From Octopus sinensis (lineage: Eukaryota), in contig NC_043001.1 in the NCBI RefSeq assembly GCF_006345805.1, positions 92,752,001 through 92,816,000 of the forward strand: a stretch of 64,000 nt of DNA, read 5' to 3'. The notes beneath the pieces were generated by a model, which was given only the letters and a program-made list of their open reading frames with translations, did no database searches and was not told where the DNA came from. Of the stretch, positions 29,151-41,708 are shown piece after piece; position 1 is the first letter of the stretch, and every line of letters begins with the position of its first letter. The position numbers were made by a program, and so were the translations under genes.

Positions 29151-31891
29151 AAATACAATATATTATATATAATCACATTCAGTATTCCTTATTCTTTTAT
29201 ACTCACACTTAAGTGATTACATAAATGTGTACACACATACACTCACACACACACGCACGCACACACATGCACACACGCACGCACGCACGCACGCATGCAC
29301 ACACACACACACACACACACACGTATTTCTTGGGATTCCTTAATGATTAACTCAATTTTCACATGGAGATTCAAACAGGTAAGTATTAAGTATAGTCAGC
29401 CAGATAACATGTGGATGCACTACATATTGTCTGGCTGATAACACAAGGGAAAAACTCCAAGGAACACTGACACAGACTACCAATAGATTTCCAATAAATA
29501 TGAAATCTGTATCATGTATTAAGTGCATATATATGCACATATGTATGCTTTATACAGAAGTACAGTTGAAGCCACAAATCATATTATCAAACAGTTGTTA
29601 CCAAGTTGTGGGTTGCAAATACATTGCCTCATATTATATAGTCTGTTTACTGTTATTGTCCAGTTATTAGTATCTAAAATGATCCATCTCAATGTGATTA
29701 CAATAAGTGGCTTCAACTGTGTGTGTGTGTGATTGTTTATGCACACACACCATAAACACACACACACATATATATATATATAGATAGATAGATAGATGGA
29801 TAGACAGATATGTACAAATATATGCATATAAATGTGTGCGTGAGTGTGTATCTATACATTGTACATATATTTATGAATGTATAATTATGTATACAATACA
29901 AACACACACATATATACACCAACCTATACTTTTGTATATGTGTGTGTCCTTTTGTTTGTGCGCGTGTATGTGCATATATATATATACACATATATATACA
30001 TACACGCATAAGCATATATACACATATCTTATATACATACAAACACACACACATATATATATACATACATATATATACATAGATATCTTTACATGTATGT
30101 ATGTGTGTGTGTTTGTGTATTTATGAATATATATATATATATATAAATATATATATATATACATATATTTAAAAGATAATATAAGCTTTGAATAAGATCA
30201 TTAACATGTGAAAGAAGCACAACAATGTTCAGAAATTTGTGCAAAATTATGGTAGTTGTGAAAATGGTGTTGATCTTGAAAACATGTAATTTCAGTTAAT
30301 GTCAAAAATAAGAAACAAAATAGTGAAAAACGAAAATGAAAATTTTAAAATGTCTCATCAACTGTTAGGATTAAGCAACATTTTCTGACAAAAATAAAGA
30401 CATGATGAAAGTGATGACAGACAATGACATCAACAGAACAATTACAACAGTAAATACGTTTTTAGGTGCAAGTGTAATTTTATTACTTTTTTTTTTTTTT
30501 TAGTAGGACTGTACAGTGTCAATTCACTAGGTTCTAGTAAATGACTGGTACTTTTTTGTTTTGTCATTTATCAAAAGAACTGTATGTGCAGATCAACTCT
30601 AATCCTACAACTTTTGTATTTAAGAAAATATTGTTTTCCTTAATACTAACATGAAAGATAAAGTTAAAAATTAATTTTATACCAATATTAAATTAATTTT
30701 CCATGAAAGTGAATTGCACAGTGTTCAGTTCATCATCATCATTTACATTCTCTTCTGTTTCCATAAGGGATAGACTACAACATATGAAATGTTCATCTAA
30801 AGCCAGCCAATTTGCTTTTGTCTTTCATCCCAATCTATAGCAAGGTCAAGTACTTCCATAAATCTAATATTTCATCTAACTTGGTCATCATTAATTTGTG
30901 AATATGATCTTAAAAAGTGGCCAGTCATGTATGTAGATTTCTTAAAGCAGTTTTAATTATAATTAATTATTTTGAATATAAAATATTTACAATTGAAGAC
31001 GTATGCTCACTCAATGCTACAGAAAATTTTAATCCAGGATATTTCAATTAGGTAGCAACAATCCCAATGTCTCTTTAGATACATATATCAAGGAAGGTGG
31101 TAGCACTCACCTTGGAAAACATCTTATCAGACTTTAGGGTAAGAACTAATATTCATTTTTAAGTAAAAAAGATACTTTAACTCCTACTCATGTTTAAAGA
31201 CTATTTTTAAATGATTAAGAAAAAATTCATTTAAATTTCTAACAGGAATTTAAAATTAGTTAGCCTAGAACACATTCTTTGTTATGAGAGTAGTATATAG
31301 TGTCATTACAACCAGTTATACATATCAATAGAATTAGGGTATCAACTTCAATGTTGATAACATAAAATTTTTAAGATTCAAATATATGAAGCCATGTTAA
31401 AAACAGGATTCAAATTTCTTACATCATAGTAAGCAGTTCAAAATATTTTAGAAATAGTTAAGATTAGGGTTCATGATAGCTGCATCTATCTAAAAAATTT
31501 AGGTATAAATTCAAATTTAATGTTTATTAATTTCAAGTATAGACTATTAGAAAAGTTAAATTAATATATATTTCAAATTAGGGACAAACTAAAATTCATT
31601 AAAATTTAATCCAACATGGTCATACAAATATTCAATTAAAAATTAAAATAATAACAAATAATAGGATTCTTTTTGGACAAAAATATAAATTTAAAGAAGA
31701 TACAGATATCAAAACACCAAAACATCAGAATTTTGCAGTTTCCCTCTATCTGTATGCTATAATTTATATTCATGTACGCACACATATAAATCATAAACAT
31801 AGACAAGTCATAAATGCATACACATAAACCTACATGTCCAAATAAACATGGTACATAAAGACTCATACAGACATATACATATATACATGTT

Positions 31892-31927
<36 letters not shown>

Positions 31928-32021
31928 TATACATACATACATGTATATGTATATACATATACATATATATATACACACACACACACATATAGATATATAT
32001 ATACATACATACGTGTATATG

Positions 32022-32055
<34 letters not shown>

Positions 32056-32159
32056 CACACACATATATAAATTAATAGAGATTCAGTTGAATCAGGTACT
32101 TAAATTGAGAGACCAAGGTTGTTTGGTAAAGTCCACACAACTTGAAGTTAGGTGAATAA

Positions 32160-32655
32160 TAAGCAAATAAGTAACAAGGATTTCTAGGTATCAGTACGTT
32201 ATGGCTGTTTCAAGTGGCTCCATTTAATCGATCAATGAAACCATTACATAAATATGAAATAAACTGCTCTCCTTGGAAGCAGCCAACCATATAAATTTCC
32301 AACATAAAGAATAAACCACTTTTTTAGTGCAACTTATATCAATACCAGCAACCAAAATAATTATATTGTTTCTCTTTGGTAGTTCTGTGGCAGAATGAGA
32401 TTTAGTAAATAATGCATACCTAGTAGCACAGGTGGATAGTGGGAGATAGTTCATCATTATTAGATTTCTAAGATTATTTGCAGTATATTGTCTCCAACTC
32501 TTAGGAATTAAGCCCATTGACAGTTAAGTTCCTATTGGTGATCCCACTTCTTACTTTACTGAGACCAAAAGTCTAGCCTAATCCACATAAAAGGCAGGTC
32601 AGGATGACTGAAGGAGAGTGAGCCAGAGTGAGGAAAGAAGGGGTAGTCAGATATT
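32160..32655 (-). mobile_element. Left arm of a ~500-bp inverted repeat; PLE-like terminal segment
   Basis: Reverse complement aligns to 34170-34715. The same MGLIPKSWRQY ORF start is seen at 32517(-) and 34366(+), and the cctgac..ccttt..tgtggattaggctagacttttggtctc patch is shared. Confidence 0.9.
32195..32282 (-). ncRNA. Decayed hammerhead ribozyme (left-arm copy)
   Basis: Minus: UGCUU CCAAGGA GAGCAGUUU...GGAGCCACUU GAAA CAGCCA UA ACGUA. Homologous to the 34602-34687 motif, but the core and stem III are mutated. Confidence 0.6.
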
Positions 32656-33411
32656 CAGTGTACCCCACTGCTTATTTGTGGTTCGGCATTCTCGGTCTTG
32701 GTTATTCACGGAAACCACCACATATTCGTGGAATTGTAAATATCGTTTGTGATTTTTTATAGCATTTTTCATGGCAATATATACTTTTACACACTTTTTA
32801 AGGCTAAACTATTAATACTAACATACCATATTTGCCTGTTTAATAGATGCCCCTTTGCAGCTGAAGGTCCCACTGATTAGAATAGCTGTGTATCAATCGC
32901 TTGATTTTCTTTTAGATACAAGTATAACCTCTTATGCTGGCTTTCAATCAAAGCTTGCTAATTAGTATAGTGACTGCCAGTGCTTTCTTAAAAATAATCA
33001 CTATGATCATCATACACAATGTTTTTTTCAACAGGATAATTTTTTAAGGTTGTGAACTAATATAGCCTCATTGAAATTAGGTTACTTGCTGGTCCCTCTC
33101 TCTTTCTCTCATTCTCTCTCTCTCTCTCTCATTATTATAGCATAGACTAGCTGGATCCATGAAAAATTCACAGAAAACATAAATAATGTAAGCATCTACA
33201 AATTGTGTGCTGGTGCCATGAGAAATATTTCTATATTGTGACACTTATAGAATATAGAAAGAAGTGTAAAACCAATAACTATATAATCCAAACAAAATAT
33301 CTGTCACACAAACGAAAAGAGAATTACTATTAAGCCTTAAAATACATCATAAGTATTCAAAGAACCTTCTTGGTTTAGTGGTACAGAACGTTCTTCTGGT
33401 ATTCTTTGATT

Positions 33412-33602
33412 CTTTTACTTGTTTCAGTCATTTGTCAGTGGCCATGCTGGAACACTGCCCTTTAGTCAAAGAAATCGACTCCTAGATTTATTCCCTGTAA
33501 GCCTGGTACTTATTCTATCAGTTTCTTGTGCCAAAAGCTAAGTTACAGGGATGCAAACACACCAACATTGGTTGTCAAACAATGGTGGTGAGGGGACAAA
33601 CA
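33412..33602 (-). mobile_element. 3' half of tRNA-derived SINE (family of 39885)
   Basis: cttttacttgtttcagtcattt...gccatgctgga.cac.gcc.tttagtc is the reverse complement of the SINE 3' end at 40120-40290. Confidence 0.85.
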
Positions 33603-33712
33603 CACACATAAAAATATTATATCATATATTATATTATATTATATTATATCATATTATATTATATATATACATATACATATATATATATATATATATATAA
33701 GACTTAAGGGTA

Positions 33713-34103
33713 GGATTTAAAACTGAGATCAGCGAAGCAGATTTCAACTATGAAATTTAGTTAAAATTTAGAGAGGGATTTTAGAACTATGTAGAGGAAG
33801 GATATATAAACTTAAACCTTAAAGCTAGGGTACTTTAATATATATAAGAGAAGATTAAAAAGGATTTTCCAAAGCATAATACTAAGGTGGTCATACTAAA
33901 ATGTTTTAGTAGAACGACCTTAGAATCATGCTTAGGAAAATCCTTTTTAATTTTCTCTTATATATTAAAGTATATATAAAGTTTTAAGGTTTAAGTGTAT
34001 TTATATAATCTTTTTCCTCTACATAGTTCTAAAGTCCCTCTCTAAATTTTAACTAAATTTCATAGTTGAGATATGCTGCTTCGTGGACCTCAGTTTTAAC
34101 TCT
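33713..34103. repeat. ~390-bp imperfect fold-back palindrome centred near 33903
   Basis: cttaagggtagga.ttaaaactgag..c..cgaagcag...tcaactatgaaatttagttaaaatttagagaggga pairs with tccctctctaaattttaactaaatttcatagttga...ctgcttcg...ctcagttttaactcttacccttaag. Centre actaaaat|gttttagt. Confidence 0.92.
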
Positions 34104-34169
34104 TACCCTTAAGGCTTGTGGCTTCTTCTTGTTTTTATACCCTATGCTCCTTTTATTTGATAATCTAAA

Positions 34170-34715
34170 TATATCTGACCACCCCTTCTCACTCTAGCTA
34201 TCTCTTCCCTCTCATTCTGTCATCCTCTTATTAGCAGGTCCCTGACTTACCTTTTTTGTGGATTAGGCTAGACTTTTGGTCTCAGTAGAATAAAGATTGG
34301 GGTGGGTGGTGAGATATCTGACATTTTATTAATTTATCATCACCAGCAGGAACTGTCAACTTCCAATGGGCTTAATTCCTAAGAGTTGGAGACAATATGC
34401 AGCAAATAATCTTAGAAATCTAATAATGATGAACTATCTCCCACTATCCACCTGTGCTACTAGGTATGCATTATTTACTAAATCTCGTTCTGCAATGGAA
34501 GTAGCAAACAGTAACGATATGATTATTTTTGCTGTTGGTACTCCTATAAGTTGCACTAAAAAAATGGTTTATTCTTTATGTTGGTAATTTATATGGTTGG
34601 TTGCACTGAGGAGAGTGGTTTATTTCATATTTATGTAATGTTTTCATTGATCAATTAAATGGAGCCACTTGAAACAGCTGTAATGCACTGATACCTGGAA
34701 ATCCTTGTTACTTAT
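34170..34715 (+). mobile_element. Right arm of the inverted repeat; PLE-like terminal segment
   Basis: Aligns to the left arm at 32160-32655 and contains a hammerhead motif near its 3' end. Confidence 0.9.
34602..34687 (+). ncRNA. Type I hammerhead ribozyme with intact core
   Basis: UGCA CUGAGGA (34606-12); stem II GAGUGGUUU / GGAGCCACUU with a long AU-rich loop; GAAA (34671-74); palindromic loopless stem III ACAGCUGU; cleavage triplet GUA; then AUGCA. Confidence 0.8.
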
Positions 34716-34972
34716 TTGCTTTTTATAAATATATATATATATACACACATATATATTGAGTTAGTCATGGCCAAAACCAATCTATGTTTATATTTATATA
34801 TATATTGATAAAAATGGTAAGACAACAAAAGAAAGAGACCTCGATATGTAAATAGAGGAATTTATTTGTAAACGTACTATATGACAATTATTCGGTAGCC
34901 ATGATAATACTCTTGAGTTTCGGAAAATGCTATGAAAAATGGTCATTTTTTATAGCATTTTTCCGATGGCCA

Positions 34973-35033
34973 GATAACTGAAGAGATGGCGACATGGATT
35001 TCCACCTCGGCATTCAAAACTCAGAGTTTTATC
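34973..35033 (+). ncRNA. Hammerhead ribozyme with a G12-to-A change (second PLE-like family)
   Basis: Stem I GAUAA/UUAUC; CUGAAGA (34978-84); imperfect stem II GAUGGC...GCAUUC; AAAA in place of GAAA; stem III ACUC-A-GAGU; triplet GUU. Confidence 0.65.
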
Positions 35034-35059
35034 ATGTCTACTGAATAATTATCACATAT

Positions 35060-35334
35060 TACATTTACGGATATATATATATATATACATACATATATAT
35101 GTATATATATTTATATGTGTATATATATATATATACATACATATATATATATGTATATATATTTTATTGTATATATATATATACATACATATTATATATG
35201 TATATATATTTATATGTGTATATATATATACATACATATATATATATGTAATATATTTTATATGTGCATGTATATATATAATATATATATATATAATTAT
35301 ATATATATGTATATATATTTATGTGTATGTATAT

Positions 35335-35367
<33 letters not shown>

Positions 35368-35848
35368 TTATATGTATATATATATATATATTTATATGTA
35401 TAATAGTATATATATATATATATAATATATATAGTTATTATGGTTTATATATATATATTTATAATTGAAGATATTATATATATATTTATATTGTATAATA
35501 TATATATATATATATATATAATATATATATATATTATATATTATATTTTATATGTATATATATATATATATATTTTATATGTGTATATATATATACATAC
35601 AATATATATAAATATAATATTATATGTATATATATATATATATATATCTATATAATCTATATATATATATATATATACATATATATATTTATAATGTATA
35701 TATATATATATAATATATATATATATATCTATATATTTATATGTGTATTATATATATATATATAATATTTATATGTGTATATATTATATATATATTTCTA
35801 TGTGTATATATATATACATATATATATATAGATATATATTCATATGTG

Positions 35849-35889
<41 letters not shown>

Positions 35890-36115
35890 GTGTGTATATA
35901 TATATTACATATATATATATATATATATCTATAATATATATTATAGTATATCTATATATTCTATATTGTATATATATATATATGTATATATATTTATATG
36001 TGTATATATATATATATATATTTATATGTGTATATTTATATACATACATTATATATATGTATATATATTTATATGTGTATGTATATATATATATATATAT
36101 ATAAATATAAATATT

Positions 36116-36146
<31 letters not shown>

Positions 36147-36180
36147 GTATATATATGTATATATGTATTTATATGTATAT
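35060..36180. repeat. ~1.1-kb degenerate (TA)n-derived array
   Basis: Almost only A/T, with recurring tatatttatatgta sub-motifs; source of the poly-IY ORFs. Confidence 0.95.
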
Positions 36181-37338
36181 AACACTTTGATGACATTTTG
36201 AGAGCTTTGGGAGAGGGCTCCAACACCGATGTCATCTACCTTGATTTCAGTAAGGCCTTTGACAGGGTCGATCACAAGATCCTATTGAAAAAACTATCCA
36301 ACATTGGTGTCTCTGGAAAGTTACTGAAATGGATCAAGTGTTTCCTGACAGACAGATCTCAACATGTTGTAGTTGAAGGGGTAAAATCAAGCCCAGCCAA
36401 AGTCAGTAGTGGCGTTCCGCAAGGCACTGTGCTGGGCCCACTTCTTTTCAACATTTACATTAATGACATTAATGACATCATCAAGCACAGCAACATAAAA
36501 ATCTTTGCAGATGATTCCAAGCTACAGAAGGTCATAAATGAGGCGAGTGATCGGACATGCCTTCAGTCAGATCTACTGGCTGTTATCCAATGGGCAGAAA
36601 AAAACAATATGGTGCTGAACGAGGATAAATTTGAATTAATCCACTTTGGAAATGAGGATGCCCTGAAACTCCCATACTCCCTTCCTTCAGGTGAAACTCT
36701 TGCGGCGTCCAACAACATCAGAGACTTGGGAGTAATTGTGGACAACAACATAAGCTGGGCCACTCATATAAACACCAAAGTTGACATGGCCCACAGAATG
36801 TGTTCCTGGATTCTCAGAACTTTCCAGTCGAGAGATATCCACACCATTATCCTTCTCTTCTCCACTTTTGCCCGACCCCACCTTGAATACTGTTGTCCAC
36901 TGTGGTCTCCCCACACAATACATCTGCATGATGTGGAAAATATTCCATCAGCATTGCCCAAATGATGTTGGCATCACCTTTAAGGTATATCCAAGGCTTG
37001 GGCCCCGTGCCATCCGCCCAAAACAAAAATCGCACTCTCATCACATAACAACAATACGGCACAATTATTTCACCTCAATTGGCCCCGCTCTCTTTAACAT
37101 TACATCAAAACACATTAAAAAAGAAACTGACCCTATAGGGTTCAAGAAGTCTTTGGACAGATTCCTTCAAGAAATCCCGGATAAACCCCCTACACCCGGA
37201 TATGTCTCTGTAAACAATAACTCTCTACTTGAGTGGGCCATAGTGCCCAAATTCTAACTTGAAAGACTTCACCAGGTGGTGCTATTAAGTTAGACATGGC
37301 TGGGCCAATAATGGCCGAAACCTATCAAAGTATCAAAG

Positions 37339-37340
<2 letters not shown>
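36181..37340 (+). mobile_element. 5'-truncated CR1-group LINE (RT and 3' end) with an internal deletion
   Basis: [39 protein letters not shown] and ARPHLEYCCPLWSP motifs; tail ctatcaaagtatcaaagta. About 135 nt present in the 38781 copy are missing near 36920. Confidence 0.95.
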
Positions 37341-37371
<31 letters not shown>

Positions 37372-37400
37372 TATTTATATGTAGATATATAATATATATA

Positions 37401-37448
<48 letters not shown>

Positions 37449-37497
37449 GTATTATATATATATATATAATATATATATCATATATATATTTATATGT

Positions 37498-37557
<60 letters not shown>

Positions 37558-37579
37558 TATATGTGTATATTATATATAG

Positions 37580-37648
<69 letters not shown>

Positions 37649-37676
37649 AGTATATATATATATATATTATCTATAT

Positions 37677-37762
<86 letters not shown>

Positions 37763-37870
37763 ATTTATATGTATATATATATATATTATATATTTATGTA
37801 TATATATTATATATATATATTTATTGTATAATATATATATATATTATATATATATATATATTTATATGTA

Positions 37871-37901
<31 letters not shown>

Positions 37902-37964
37902 ATTTATATGTATATATATATATATATGTATATATTTATATATTTATAGTATATATATATAATG

Positions 37965-37999
<35 letters not shown>

Positions 38000-38002
38000 G
38001 TA

Positions 38003-38033
<31 letters not shown>

Positions 38034-38035
38034 AT

Positions 38036-38087
<52 letters not shown>

Positions 38088-38328
38088 TTATATATTTATA
38101 TGTATAATATATATATATATGTATATATTTTATATTTATATGTATATATATATTATGTATATATTTATATATTTATATGTATATATATATATATATATGT
38201 ATATATTTATATATGTATGTATAGATATATATATGTATATATTTATATTTATATGTAATATATATATATATTTATATATTTATATGTATATATATATATT
38301 TACATGTATATATATATATATATATAAT

Positions 38329-38368
<40 letters not shown>
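37341..38368. repeat. ~1-kb degenerate (TA)n-derived array
   Basis: Direct reading. Confidence 0.95.
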
Positions 38369-38371
<3 letters not shown>

Positions 38372-38548
38372 AGAATTCACAAAAACACAAAAGACAAGGC
38401 AGGTGGTGTAGACAACAAACATGTATTAGTATAACGCTCGGGAAGTGAAAAAGTCTTTAACATTTCGAGCCTACGCTCTTCCACAGAAAACACAGACAGA
38501 AACAAGAAGAGAAAATAAAGAATGTGTAGGGGCTAGCAATCTATCATA
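38369..38548 (-). mobile_element. Short PLE-like terminal fragment with a hammerhead-like motif (same family as 43463-43640)
   Basis: Aligns in reverse complement to 43463-43640 (acaaaaga..aag.cag.tg.tgta.acaacaaaca..tgtattagt.taacg...gggaag.tga.aaagtcttt.a..ttt.gagccta). Confidence 0.7.
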
Positions 38549-38702
38549 GCGATAATGTTATATATATATATATATGTATGTGTGTATGTATATATATATA
38601 TGATATGTATATATATACATGTGTATATATACACATATATATACACAAACATAACATGTATATATATATATATATATTACATATATATATATATATATAT
38701 AT

Positions 38703-38749
<47 letters not shown>

Positions 38750-38780
38750 CACATACATATATATGCATACATATACATAT

Positions 38781-39674
38781 ACTTTGATAGGTTTCGGCCA
38801 GCATTAACCCAGGCCAAGTCTAACTTAATAGCACCACCTGGCAAAGTCATTCAAATCATGTATTGGACAACATGGCAAGCTCGAGGAGAGAGTTATTGTT
38901 TATGGAGACACATCCGGTCATAGGAGGTTTATCCGGGATTTTTTGAAGGAACTTGTTCAAAGACTTCTTGAACTTTATGGGGTCTGTTTCTGCTTTAACA
39001 TGCTTTGGGGTAATGCTAAAGTGAGCAGGGCCAATTGAGGTGAAATAATTGTGCTGTATTGTTGTTATGAAATGCGAGTATGATTTAGGTTGTGGGCAGA
39101 TAGCACGGGGTCCAAGTCTTGGGTGTATCTTAAAGATGATGCCAACATCATTTGGGCAATACTGATGGAATATTTTCCACATCATGCAGATCATGTAGCG
39201 CTCACGGCAGCACTGGGCAAAATAGAGCTTGAACTTTTCTAGTTGACCCCAATAGTCAAAGCCTGTCATGCCATCTATCTTTTTTGTAATTAACATTTGA
39301 GGTGCTTCAATTTTCTTGATACTTTGTTTCATGTGAGGAGACCACAGTGGACAACAGTATTCAAGGTGGGGATTCTAGCAAAAGTAGAGAAGAGAAGGAT
39401 ATTTGTGTGGATATCTCTCGACTGGAAAGTTCTGAGGATTCAAGAGCACATTCTGCAAACCATGTTAACTTTGCTGCTTATAAGAGAGGCCCAGCTTATG
39501 TTGTTGTCCACAATAACTCCCAAGTCTCTGATGTTGGATGTCATGAGAGTTTCACCTGAAGGTAGGGAGTATAAAAATGTCAGGGTATCTTCTTTTCCAA
39601 AGTGGATTTAATTCGAATTTGTCCTTGTTCAGCAGCATATTATTCTTTTCTGCCCATTGGATGACAGCCAGTAT
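38781..39674 (-). mobile_element. Second 5'-truncated CR1-group LINE copy, inverted relative to 36181-37340
   Basis: Minus-strand WSPHMKQSIKKIEAPQ...RERYMICMMWKIFHQYCPNDVG...RLGPRA matches the first copy; same ctatcaaagta tail. Confidence 0.93.
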
Positions 39675-39791
39675 AGATATACACACATACGTATATATAA
39701 ATATATATACATACTATACATATACCAATATATATACACATATGAATAATACACATATATATATACACATACAAAATACATATACAGATAT

Positions 39792-39822
<31 letters not shown>

Positions 39823-39884
39823 CATACATACACACACACGCATATATATATATACATACATACACACACACACACATATATATA

Positions 39885-40304
39885 GGCGCAGGAGTGGCTG
39901 TGTGGTAAGTAGCTTGCTAACCAACCACATGGTTCCGGGTTCAGTCCCACTGTGTGGCATCTTGGGCAAGTGTCTTCTGCTATAACCCCGGGCCGACCAA
40001 TGCCTTGTGAGTGGATTTGGTAGACGGAAACTGAAAGAAGCCTGTCGTATATATGTATATATGTGTATGTGTGTGTGTGTTTGTGTGTGTGTGTGTTTGT
40101 CCCCCTAGCATTGCTTGACAACCAATGCTGGTGTGTTTACGTCCCCGTCACTTAGCGGTTCAGCAAAAGAGACCGATAGAATAAGTACTGGGCTTACAAA
40201 GAATAAGTCCTGGGGTCGATTTGCTCGACTAAAGGCGGTGCTCCAGCATGGCCGCGGTCAAATGACTGAAACAAGTAAAAGAGTAAAAGAGAAAGAGTAA
40301 AGAG
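39885..40304 (+). mobile_element. Full-length tRNA-derived SINE with internal (TA)/(TG) microsatellite
   Basis: Head ggcgcaggagtggctgtgtggtaag (A-box-like) and ggttcagtccc (B-box-like); ttgggcaagtgtc core; 3' aagtaaaagag tail. Near-identical copy at 41286. Confidence 0.93.
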
Positions 40305-40399
40305 TATATATATATATATACATACACACACATACACATGAGAGGTATCAGTATCCAGATGACCCAAGGTGGTAGATAATATTATGTTTCTTTCTTTCT

Positions 40400-41234
40400 C
40401 TCTCATTCATGTACCCACACTATCACATTAGCCAGTAGAGTAAACATATAAATCTATTCATAGAAACTTGACCATTCTTAGTATTCTCCCTTTCCATTTT
40501 GTGGTTTACTACTCATTTTAGAAACCCCCCACCTATACCTTTTTCCATACCCATCCCTTAATGCCATTCTAACATATCACCCCACCTCACACATATTCAT
40601 TACTTACATTCTTGTCTCTTCATACCCCTCCCCTACTCCTCACCCATCCCTCCTCATAATATCTTGACCACCAACTAACACTTTTTTCCCACTTCTTACA
40701 CATTTTTCATTTTCTCTTCCTCTTTCTTTCCTTCTTTTCTCACCTTTTCTTTTGACCTCTCTCTCTCCCCATTTTAACATACACATCTCTTCTCCCCTCT
40801 CTATCCACTTAATACTACTACTACATTCTCAAATTTTCATTCACACCACAAGACCTCTTTGAATGTACAGCACATAGAATCTATGTCTCCACACTTACCA
40901 TTTGTGATGACAAAATATGAACCCCTATTGGAATTTACATACCACGGACAAGTAGCATTTCTACCACTTCTACACACCACTTTCCTTGGACAATGGAAAT
41001 GCAACTATAACATCTTTATACATTTTTATTTTTATTTCTATAATCATTCTCCTATTTCCTTATATACTCCTTATTTGCTTCCTTTTCCAAAATAACTCCT
41101 CATATTGAACCATCTCACATCATCTCTGATGAAGGGATATCCCTAATATCCCAGAAACAGCTGTAAGACTAACTTTCTCTTTATAAATGTCCTGAAAATT
41201 CCTGACAGCCTTGGCTTTCTTGTCTCATTTTAAC

Positions 41235-41235
<1 letters not shown>
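40400..41235 (+). mobile_element. Pyrimidine-rich PLE-like terminal remnant ending in a hammerhead motif
   Basis: C/T-rich low-complexity stretch followed by a hammerhead fold at 41123-41168. Element class is inferred from the ribozyme only. Confidence 0.5.
41123..41168 (+). ncRNA. Minimal type I hammerhead ribozyme
   Basis: UCU CUGAUGA A GGGAUAU-CCCUA-AUAUCCC A GAAA CAGCUG UA AGA: 7-bp stem II, palindromic stem III ACAGCUGU, GUA triplet, 3-bp stem I. Confidence 0.8.
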
Positions 41236-41285
<50 letters not shown>

Positions 41286-41287
<2 letters not shown>

Positions 41288-41687
41288 CGCAGGAGTGGCT
41301 GTGTGGTAAGTAGCTTGTTTACCAACCACATGGTTCCAGGTTCAGTCCCACTGCGTGGCACCTTGGGCAAGTGTCTTCTGCTATAGCCTCGGCCGACCAA
41401 AGCCTTGTGAGTGGATTTAGTAGACGGAAACTGAAAGAAGCCCGTCATATATATGTATATATATATGTATGTGTGTGCGTTTGTGTGTCTGTGTTTGTCC
41501 CCCTAGCGTTGCTTGACAACCGATGCTGGTGTGTTTATGTCCCCGTCACTTAGCGGTTTGGCAAAAAGAGACCAATAGAATAAGTACTGGGATTACAAAG
41601 AATAAGTCCCGGGGTCGAGTTGCTCGATTAAAGGCGGTGCTCCAGCATGGCCGCAGTCAAATGACTGAAACAAGTAAAAGAGAGAGT
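41286..41687 (+). mobile_element. Full-length SINE (family of 39885)
   Basis: Same head, core and tail; inserted after (TA)n. Confidence 0.93.
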
Positions 41688-41708
41688 AATATATATATAT
41701 ATATATAT

